Below, in pieces: positions 17,917-26,726 of a stretch of DNA of 33,650 bases. The stretch lies in NCBI GenBank assembly GCA_007119305.1, contig SKPY01000075.1, forward strand, positions 1 through 33,650, in the 5' to 3' direction. A program made the translations under genes and the position numbers. The DNA comes from Nitriliruptorales bacterium. Lineage in GTDB: Bacteria > Actinomycetota > Nitriliruptoria > Euzebyales > Egibacteraceae. Below the pieces are notes generated by a model that ran no database searches, was not told where the DNA came from, and was given only the letters and a program-made list of their open reading frames with translations. Position 1 is the first letter of the stretch; the number at the start of each line of letters is the position of its first letter.

Positions 17917-18153
17917 ATGACCGCCAGCGACCAAGCGACCCTGTCGCACACCACCTCCCGTGACGGCACTGCGATCGTCTACTGGACGACCGGCGAGGGC
18001 CCCCCGCTCGTCCTGGTGCACGGCAGGAGCGCCGACCACACACGCTGGGACGCGCTGCGGCCGCACCTGGAGCCGTCCCGTCGGTGGGCGCGCAACCGAG
18101 CGCGGGCATCCCGTCAGCGCGTCGCGCCTGGCCACCCAACACGCCGCGGCTAG
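17917..18153 (+). pseudogene. Remnant of an alpha/beta-hydrolase gene (first about 55 codons, then unrelated residues and a stop)
   Basis: MTASDQATLSHTTSRDGTAIVYWTTGEGPPLVLVHGRSADHTRWDALRPHLEPS matches the canonical N-terminus of alpha/beta-fold hydrolases. The ORF stops after 78 codons, before any nucleophile elbow (GxSxG), and mnmA starts at 18165. Confidence 0.4.
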
Positions 18154-18164
18154 GGTGGGCGGCG

Positions 18165-19217
18165 ATGAAGGTGCTCGTCGCGCTGTCGGGTGGCGTCGAC
18201 TCGTCGATGACCGCCGCGTTGCTCTGCGATGCCGGCCACGACGTGACCGGCGTCCACCTGAAGATGGCCTCAACTCGCCCCGAGGGGCGAGGCCGCGGCT
18301 GCTGCACGCTCGACGACGCGCGCGACGCCCGCCGCGTCGCTGACGCGTTGGGGATCCCCTGCTACGTCTGGGACCTCTCCGAGGCCTTTGCCGAGCGGGT
18401 CGTGGACGACTTCGTCACGGAGTACGCCGCGGGGCGGACGCCCAACCCGTGCATCCGCTGCAACGAGCGGGTGAAGTACTCGGCCCTGCTCGCTCGCGCG
18501 CGTGCGGTCGGCTTCGACGCCCTCGCCACCGGCCACCACGTGCGGCTGCGGCACCAGGGCGGTCGCTGGCGGCTGCGGCGTGCGGCGGACCCCGCGAAGG
18601 ATCAGACCTACGTGCTCTACATGGCCACGCAGGACCAGCTCGCGCACACGCTGTGGCCCGCGGGCGAGCACACCAAGGCGGACCTGCGGGCGCTGGCTGC
18701 CGAACGCGGGCTCGTCACCGCATCCAAGCCCGACAGCCACGACATCTGCTTCATCCCGTCGGGAGATGTCGCCTCGTTCCTGCGCCCGCGGATCGGCGCA
18801 CGCGCCGGCACGTTCGTGGGCCCCGGAGGCGAGGTGCTCGGCCGACACGACGGGGCCTACCGGTTCACCATCGGGCAGCGGCGCGGCCTCGGGCTGTCCG
18901 GACTCGACGAACCCCTCTACGTGACGGGCATCACCGGTGAGACGGTCCACGTGGGTCCGCGGACAGCGCTGGAGGTGACCGACCTCGAGGCGAACGGGGT
19001 GTCGTGGGTGGCCGGCACCCCGCCAGCAGCACCCATGGTCGGCGCGCAGGTCCGCTACCGCGGGCGGCCGTTGCCGGCACGCCTCGACGTCGACGGCGAT
19101 CGCATCCGCGTCGCGTTCTCTGACGAGTACCCCTCAGGGGTGGCGCCCGGACAGGCGGTGGTGCTCTACGACGGCGGGGAGTGCCTCGGCGGCGCGACGA
19201 TCACCCGGGCCGCGTAG
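18165..19217 (+). CDS. mnmA: tRNA 2-thiouridine(34) synthase
   Basis: The ATG is codon 28 of ORF 18084..19217. It has the PP-loop ALSGGVDSS, the catalytic Cys region TPNPCIRCN and DQTYVLY. Confidence 0.9.
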   Translation: MKVLVALSGGVDSSMTAALLCDAGHDVTGVHLKMASTRPEGRGRGCCTLDDARDARRVADALGIPCYVWDLSEAFAERVVDDFVTEYAAGRTPNPCIRCNERVKYSALLARARAVGFDALATGHHVRLRHQGGRWRLRRAADPAKDQTYVLYMATQDQLAHTLWPAGEHTKADLRALAAERGLVTASKPDSHDICFIPSGDVASFLRPRIGARAGTFVGPGGEVLGRHDGAYRFTIGQRRGLGLSGLDEPLYVTGITGETVHVGPRTALEVTDLEANGVSWVAGTPPAAPMVGAQVRYRGRPLPARLDVDGDRIRVAFSDEYPSGVAPGQAVVLYDGGECLGGATITRAA

Positions 19218-19291
19218 CAGCCACGCAGAGGGGCGCCGCGTCGCCAGGGTGGCGGAGCAGCGCGCAGTCCGGTGTCGCTCCGCCGGCGTGA

Positions 19292-21382
<2,091 letters not shown>

Positions 21383-21391
21383 GGGTCTGGT

Positions 21392-22402
21392 GTGCGTGCG
21401 TGGGCGGTGGTTGACCCCGCTCCGATCGAGCGCAGGCCGCTGCGGGCGGTCGAGCGTGCTGTGCCCGACCCGGGTCCCGGGGAGGTGCGCGTGCGGGTGC
21501 GCGCGTGCGGGGTGTGCCGCACTGACCTGCACCTCGCTGAGGGCGATCTGCCGCCCCGGCGGCCCGGGGTGGTCCCGGGGCACGAGGCGGTGGGCACCGT
21601 CGAGGGCCGCGGGCCGGGTGCCGAGCGGTTCGCCTCCGGCGCCCGGGTCGGCGTCCCGTGGCTGCGCCGGACCTGCCACCGCTGCCGCTTCTGCCGCTCG
21701 GGCCGCGAGAACCTGTGCGTGGCCCCTGAGTTCACCGCCTGGGACGCCGACGGCGGCTTCGCCGAGTACTGCACGGTCCCGGAGGCCTACGCCTACGATC
21801 TGACGGGCCTCGACGGCGTGTTCGACGACGAGCACGCCGCGCCGCTGCTGTGCGCGGGCATCATCGGCTACCGGGCCCTGCGCCTCAGCGGCGCCGGCCA
21901 GGGGGATGCGCTCGGCATCTACGGGTTCGGCGCGTCGGCCCATCTCGCGGCGCAGGTCGCCGTCCACCGCGGCATGCGCGTGCACGTGCTGACGCGCAAC
22001 CCGCGGGCCCGGTCGCGGGCGCTCGCCCTCGGTGCGGCGAGCGCACAGGATGCCGCGGCGCCCCCGCCCGAACCGCTCGCTGCCGCGGTGCTGTTCGCCC
22101 CCGACGGCGGCCTCGTGCTCCCCGCGCTCGAGGCGCTGGACCGAGGCGGGACCCTGGCGATCGCGGGGATTCACCTCACGGACGTGCCGGCCCTCAGCTA
22201 CGAGCGGCACCTGTTCTACGAGCGCCGCGTCCGCAGCGTCACGGCCAACACCCGCGCGGACGGCGAGGAGTTCCTGCGCCTGGCCGCGGCGATCCCCGTC
22301 CGGGTGACCACGAGCCCGTACGGGCTGGACGAGGCTGACGTGGCGCTCGAAGCGCTCGCGCGGGGACGGGTGCGAGGAGCCGCGGTCCTGCTGGCGCGCT
22401 GA
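21392..22402 (+). CDS. Zinc-dependent alcohol dehydrogenase family oxidoreductase
   Basis: The catalytic Zn ligands are in CGVCRTDLH and GHE. The structural Zn motif is CHRCRFCRSGRENLC. The nucleotide-binding glycine motif is GIYGFGASAHLAAQVA. Confidence 0.85.
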   Translation: MRAWAVVDPAPIERRPLRAVERAVPDPGPGEVRVRVRACGVCRTDLHLAEGDLPPRRPGVVPGHEAVGTVEGRGPGAERFASGARVGVPWLRRTCHRCRFCRSGRENLCVAPEFTAWDADGGFAEYCTVPEAYAYDLTGLDGVFDDEHAAPLLCAGIIGYRALRLSGAGQGDALGIYGFGASAHLAAQVAVHRGMRVHVLTRNPRARSRALALGAASAQDAAAPPPEPLAAAVLFAPDGGLVLPALEALDRGGTLAIAGIHLTDVPALSYERHLFYERRVRSVTANTRADGEEFLRLAAAIPVRVTTSPYGLDEADVALEALARGRVRGAAVLLAR

Positions 22403-22476
22403 ACGCCACGCCCCGGACGTGCGGGCGGCTTCGTCCCCGGCGCTGCCGAGCGCGCACTCCCGTGACGGGCGCAGTG

Positions 22477-22905
22477 CTACGGTGCGAGCACCGCGCGGGC
22501 GGTCCACAGACCGTCATGGGGGTCGAGCTCCAGCTGCGCACCGGTGATCCCCCGCGGCGCTGCTCCCGTCGGTTGCACCACCGCGAGCGCTGCGACGTCC
22601 ACGCAACCCGCGAGTCCGCCGTCCTCGGTCTCGGCGAGGGCGATGTCGACCGGGACCACCTGCAGCAGCGCCCGCAGCTCGAGCACCTGCTCCAGCAGCT
22701 CGGAGAGCTGCTCATCCCCGGGGGCCGGTGGCAGCACCAGGGTCAGGGTCTCGGTGGTCACGACGGAGGAGGTATCGGCGAACGCCTCCACGAGTGCGCG
22801 CACCGCCTGTGCAAGGCACTCGGGCTTGGACGGCGCCCAGGCCTCGACGATGCAGCCGGCGGTGCCCGGCAGCACCCGGTGGCCGCGCTCTGCCGTTGTC
22901 GCCAT
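22477..22905 (-). CDS. Archease-like protein (divergent)
   Basis: 142 aa with GAGGAG upstream of the ATG. It is collinear with archease: HRVLPGTAGCIVEAWAPSKPECLAQAVRALVEAF aligns with the F..L.HTAD..v.a.G......F..AA.A pattern, and the C-terminal RGITGAQLELDPHDGLWTARAVL aligns with VKAvTyH.l.v....g.w.a.vv.D. The normally conserved HTAD reads GTAG here. Confidence 0.65.
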   Translation of the reverse strand: MATTAERGHRVLPGTAGCIVEAWAPSKPECLAQAVRALVEAFADTSSVVTTETLTLVLPPAPGDEQLSELLEQVLELRALLQVVPVDIALAETEDGGLAGCVDVAALAVVQPTGAAPRGITGAQLELDPHDGLWTARAVLAP

Positions 22906-23094
22906 GCGCGCTCCTCGCTCGCCTTGCCTTGAGCCTTGGGCACGCGCAGGCGTGGCGGCAAGGGCCCATCGGCCCCGCCGGGCCGGGCCGAGTGCAGCCT
23001 TGTGGAGCCGCGGAGCTGGCGGGGGACTCCAGTCCCTGTGCTCATGGCCCGTTCAGCCCTGTCGAGTGCCAGGGCGGGCCTCCAGGCTCGGCGC

Positions 23095-24099
23095 ATGGCT
23101 CCACCCACGGCGCTGCGCAGGCAGGTGCCGGCGTCCGCACACGGCGGCGGTCGGTTCGTCGTGCCGCGTGCGGAGTTCACGCCGGCCTACCTGCGCACGC
23201 ACGAGCAGGGTCTGCTGGAGCGCAAGGCCGAGGAGGCCAGAGCGCTCCTGCGGCCCTGCCGTGTCTGCCCCCGACCGTGTCGTGACGTCGATCGGCTGGC
23301 GGGTGAGGTCGGTGCCTGCCGCATCGGCCGGTGGGCGCGGGTCGCCTCCGCGTGCGTGCACCACGGCGAGGAGGAGGTGCTGCGCGGGCGGCATGGCTCC
23401 GGCACGATCTTCTTCTCGGGCTGCAACCTGCGGTGCGTGTTCTGCCAGAACGCCCAGATCAGCCAGCTGGCCATCGGTGAGGACGTCACGGCCACCGACC
23501 TCGCCGGGCTCATGCTCGACCTGCAGAAGCGCGGCTGCCACAACGTGAACCTCGTCACGCCCGAACACGTCGTGCCGCAGATCCTGGAGGCGCTGCCCCT
23601 CGCCGTGGACGCCGGCCTGCGGGTTCCGCTGGTCTACAACACCAGCGCGTACGACGGGCTGGGCAGCGTCGAGCTGCTCGACGGGGTCGTCGACGTCTAC
23701 ATGCCCGACTTCAAGCTCTGGGAGCCCGCGAGCTGCCATCGCTACCTCGGCGTGCGCGACTACCCCGACGTCGCCCGGGCAGTCATCACCGCGATGCACG
23801 CGCAGGTCGGCGACCTCATGGTCGACGAGGACGGCCTGGCGCTGCGTGGCCTGCTGGTCCGTCACCTGGTCATGCCGGGCCTGGTAGACGAGTCGCGGCG
23901 CATCCTCGAGTTCCTCGCCCTGCTGTCACGCGACACCTACGTGAACGTGATGGACCAGTACCGCCCGGCATGGCGGGTGGTGTCCACCCCGCGGTACGCC
24001 GAGCTCGCCCGGCCGGTTGCGGGCGCGGAGACGGCAGCCGCCCTGGCGCACGCGCGGGCGGTCGGCCTGTGGCGGCTCGATGCGCGCTGGGGGCGGTGA
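23095..24099 (+). CDS. PflX/COG1313-type radical SAM protein (PFL-activase homologue of unknown substrate)
   Basis: Motifs: LLRPCRVCPRPCRDVDRLAGEVGACR, HHGEEEVLRGRHGSGTIFFSGCNLRCVFCQNAQIS (CxxxCxxC), GCHNVNLVTPEHVVPQI, VPLVYNTSAYD, VDVYMPDFK, RGLLVRHLVMPG and VNVMDQYRPAW. The start is uncertain: ATG 23044, ATG 23095 and an internal GTG are all possible, and none has a strong SD. Confidence 0.8.
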   Translation: MAPPTALRRQVPASAHGGGRFVVPRAEFTPAYLRTHEQGLLERKAEEARALLRPCRVCPRPCRDVDRLAGEVGACRIGRWARVASACVHHGEEEVLRGRHGSGTIFFSGCNLRCVFCQNAQISQLAIGEDVTATDLAGLMLDLQKRGCHNVNLVTPEHVVPQILEALPLAVDAGLRVPLVYNTSAYDGLGSVELLDGVVDVYMPDFKLWEPASCHRYLGVRDYPDVARAVITAMHAQVGDLMVDEDGLALRGLLVRHLVMPGLVDESRRILEFLALLSRDTYVNVMDQYRPAWRVVSTPRYAELARPVAGAETAAALAHARAVGLWRLDARWGR

Positions 24100-24109
24100 G
24101 GCCCGCACC

Positions 24110-24760
24110 GTGGGCGCTCAACGTCTGCGGTCGCGGCGACTCGTGCCGCCGGTGGTCTGCGTGGTCACCGCGGCGGGGCTGGTGCCCGATCGCGACCACC
24201 TCGCTGTGGGCGCGGCCGCCCTGGCTGGTGGCGCGGACATGATCCAGCTGCGGGGGCCGGAGCTCGATGCGCTCGCGCTGCGTCCGCTCGCCGAGCGTCT
24301 CGCGGAACGCTGCCACGCGGCCGGGCGGCTGCTCATCGTCAACAACGCGCTGGACGTCGCGTGCACGGCCGGCGCGGATGGCGTGCACCTGGGGCAGTCC
24401 GACCACCCGGAGACCGCGCGGCGCCGCCTCGGGGACACCCTCCTGCTCGGCGTCAGCGTGGCCACCGCGGGCGAGGCCCACGCGGCCGCAGCTGCAGGCG
24501 CGGACTACGTGGCCGTGACCGTGTGGTCCACCGCGACGAAGCCAGACGCGCAACCGGTGGGATTGGCCGGCCTGGCCGAGGTCGTCACCGCGTCACCGTT
24601 GCCGACTTTGGCGATCGGGGGGATTACGGCGGGCAACTGCGGCGACGTGCTCGCCCGGGGCGCCGCCGGGATCGCCGTCGTCTCCGCGGTCGCAGGCGCC
24701 GCAGACCCCGTCACGGCCACGCGGGAGCTCGTCGCAGCCGCCCGCGCCGCAACAACCTGA
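24110..24760 (+). CDS. thiE: Thiamine-phosphate synthase family protein (ThiE/TenI fold)
   Basis: Motifs: VVCVVT...GADMIQLRGPELD, LLIVNNALDVACTAGADGVHLGQSD, LGVSVAT..EA, GADYVAVTVWSTATKPD, PTLAIGGIT and GAAGIAVVSAV. The GTG at 24110 is 10 nt after the radical SAM stop and has GGTGAGG upstream. An alternative ATG at 24080 would overlap the radical SAM gene by 20 nt. Confidence 0.75.
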   Translation: MGAQRLRSRRLVPPVVCVVTAAGLVPDRDHLAVGAAALAGGADMIQLRGPELDALALRPLAERLAERCHAAGRLLIVNNALDVACTAGADGVHLGQSDHPETARRRLGDTLLLGVSVATAGEAHAAAAAGADYVAVTVWSTATKPDAQPVGLAGLAEVVTASPLPTLAIGGITAGNCGDVLARGAAGIAVVSAVAGAADPVTATRELVAAARAATT

Positions 24761-24858
24761 CATGACCCAAGCGCCAGCGCCGCGGTCGCATGCTCCGAAT
24801 ATCCGGTTGTGGCGGTCGCGTCAGCGACCGTCATGGAGGTGCTGAGGAGGCAGACGCC

Positions 24859-25917
24859 ATGAAGAGCCCGGCAGGCAAGGTGGGCGCACGCGTGTTCGAG
24901 CAGGTCATCCTGCGCCATCTCGGTGCGCGCGACCCCGACGTCATCGTGGGCCCCGCCTACGGCGTCGACGTGGGGATCGTGCGCCTCTGCCCAGGACGCG
25001 TCGCCGCGGTGACGGCCGATCCCGTCTTCGTCGTTCCCGCCTACGGGTGGCAGCGGGCCGCGTGGTTCGCGGTGCACGTGCTCGCCTCCGACGCGGCGCT
25101 GAGCGGCTTGCCGCTGCGGTGGCTGGCCGTGGACCTCAACCTGCCGCGCGACACGAGCGACGAGGATCTCGAGGCGCTGTGGCTCGCGTGGTCGCAGGCG
25201 TGTGACGACCTCGGGGTCGCGGTCGTCGCAGGCCACACCGGTCGCTACGACGGCTGCGCCTGGCCGATGGTGGGCGGGGCGACCTGCGCGGCGGTGGGTG
25301 CCGACGACGCCTACGTCACGCCGGCGATGGCGCAGGTCGGGGATCTCCTCGTCGTCACGAAGGGGGCGGCGATCGAGGCGACGGCGCTGTTCGCCGCGAC
25401 GTTTCCCGACGCGATCGCCGAGGCCGTGGGGCACGCCGCCTGGGCGGCCGCCGACGGGCTGTTCGAGGCGATGACCGTCGTGCCCGAGGCGCGCGTCGCG
25501 GCGGAGTTCGGCTTGCGGGACGCCGGCGTGACCGCGATGCACGACGCCACCGAGGGGGGCGTGCTCGGGGGGCTGGCCGAGCTGGCAGGTGCCAGCGGCC
25601 ACGGCCTGCGCGTCGTCGCGGAGGACATCCCGGTGCGCGCTGAGGTGCGTGCCGTGTGCGCTGCGGTTGGCATCGACCCGTACGCGGCCATCTCGGAGGG
25701 CACCCTCATCGCCGCCGTCCGGCCGGCACACGCCGAGGGCTACGGTGCCGCGCTGCAGGCCGAAGGCATCGACGCCGCGATCGTGGGCGAGGTCGTGCCG
25801 GCCCGGCACGGCGCGGTGCTCGTACGCGCTGGCCGGGACGAGGTCTTGCAGCACCCGGGCGTCGACCCCTTCTGGAGCGCGTTCGACCGTTGGGCGCAGG
25901 CCCACGGCCCGTCCTGA
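24859..25917 (+). CDS. AIR synthase-related protein (PurM/HypE/ThiL/SelD superfamily)
   Basis: The ATG is codon 24 of ORF 24790..25917, with GAGGAGG 8 nt upstream. The N-domain pattern is GKVGARVFEQVI...GPAYGVDVGIV...AVTADPVF...AVHVLASDAALSG, the motif is VVAGHTG and the C-domain is MHDATEGGVLGGLAELA. Confidence 0.75.
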   Translation: MKSPAGKVGARVFEQVILRHLGARDPDVIVGPAYGVDVGIVRLCPGRVAAVTADPVFVVPAYGWQRAAWFAVHVLASDAALSGLPLRWLAVDLNLPRDTSDEDLEALWLAWSQACDDLGVAVVAGHTGRYDGCAWPMVGGATCAAVGADDAYVTPAMAQVGDLLVVTKGAAIEATALFAATFPDAIAEAVGHAAWAAADGLFEAMTVVPEARVAAEFGLRDAGVTAMHDATEGGVLGGLAELAGASGHGLRVVAEDIPVRAEVRAVCAAVGIDPYAAISEGTLIAAVRPAHAEGYGAALQAEGIDAAIVGEVVPARHGAVLVRAGRDEVLQHPGVDPFWSAFDRWAQAHGPS

Positions 25918-25948
25918 CCCCGACGCCTGCGGTGACTGGGGGTGGCGC

Positions 25949-26242
25949 TCAGTGCTTGCGGTGCTCCAGCCAGTAGGCGAGCGCCTCGAGGCGCTGCGGC
26001 GCGACGTTGAGCGCGAACTCGCAGGTCGGGGGGTCGCCGCACGCCGGGACCAGATCGTCGGTGGCGAAGTTGTACAGGCACGTCGGACAGCGGGTGTCCA
26101 GCGCCTCAGGCAGGTACGGGCAGTCGTAGTAGTGGCAGCCGCGTGCGCCCTCCCCGGTGGCGAGGTCGTGGTCGCAGAAGGGGCACTGCGTGAACGACAA
26201 CAGCTGTTCCAGCTCCTCCTGGCGGGTCCTCGGCTTCATCAT
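25949..26242 (-). CDS. Small cysteine-rich protein with two CPxC-x12-C-x4/5-C modules (function unknown)
   Basis: This is the 96-97 aa tail of ORF 25949..26530, starting at tandem ATGs (26242/26239). GGAGGTGG lies immediately upstream. The sequence is MMKPRTRQEELEQLLSFTQCPFCDHDLATGEGARGCHYYDCPYLPEALDTRCPTCLYNFATDDLVPACGDPPTCEF..., with eight Cys in a duplicated spacing. Confidence 0.55.
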   Translation of the reverse strand: MMKPRTRQEELEQLLSFTQCPFCDHDLATGEGARGCHYYDCPYLPEALDTRCPTCLYNFATDDLVPACGDPPTCEFALNVAPQRLEALAYWLEHRKH

Positions 26243-26429
26243 CCACCTCCATGAGGTCCGCAGGGTCTCCCTGAAGGGTCGTTGCTCGCGGGGCTGCGCG
26301 GCAGGGCCGAAGGTCACGCGCGCTCGGACCGACCGGCACCCCCGCAGGCGGCCGGCCGGCGGGTCGGTGGCGCCGCGTGGAGGGCGCGCGGTAGCGTCAG
26401 GGCCACAGCGACCTGCAAGGAGGAAGCCG

Positions 26430-26726
26430 GTGACGCTTTCCGATGACGACGTGCGCCACGTGGCGCGGCTGGCACGCCTGGATCTCAGCGACGAGGCAGT
26501 GGAACAGCTGCGCTCGCAGCTGGCGGACATCCTGGCCTACGCCGAGCAGGTGGGGGAGGTCGCCACCGCAGACGTCCCCCCGATGCGTCATCCCTTCGGC
26601 CTGCGCAACGTCATGCGGGAGGACCTCGCGGGGGAGTCGCTGCCGCGTGACGAGGCGATCAGCGCCGCCCCCGAAGCCGAGGACGGGCGCTTCCGCGTGC
26701 CGCGGATCGTGGAGGCCGAGCAGTGA
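26430..26726 (+). CDS. gatC: Asp/Glu-tRNA(Asn/Gln) amidotransferase subunit C
   Basis: The GTG is codon 92 of ORF 26157..26726, with AAGGAGGA upstream. [39 protein letters not shown] is the canonical GatC sequence. It overlaps the gatA start. Confidence 0.9.
   Translation: MTLSDDDVRHVARLARLDLSDEAVEQLRSQLADILAYAEQVGEVATADVPPMRHPFGLRNVMREDLAGESLPRDEAISAAPEAEDGRFRVPRIVEAEQ

Noticed and set aside
15885-17969. A 694-aa ORF on the minus strand, the longest ORF in the window.
   Set aside because: It is entirely antisense to the well-supported HD-GYP-LuxR gene. Its translation is Arg/Gly/Pro/Ala-rich low complexity with no recognisable motif. This is the typical shadow ORF of GC-rich DNA, where stop codons are rare in the antisense frame.
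15074-18164. Whether to call the iscS/mnmA insertion a mobile element or genomic island.
   Set aside because: I could identify no integrase, transposase, tRNA attachment site, terminal inverted repeats or flanking direct repeats. It is reported only as an insertion or decay zone, not as a mobile element.
22906-24110. I looked for a TPP (thiamin pyrophosphate) riboswitch ahead of the ThiE-like gene or its operon.
   Set aside because: I could not find the conserved CUGAGA and ACCUGAUCUGGAUAAUGCCAGCG-like elements by eye. thiE starts within or immediately after the radical SAM gene, leaving no room for a leader. A covariance-model scan would be needed for a definitive negative.
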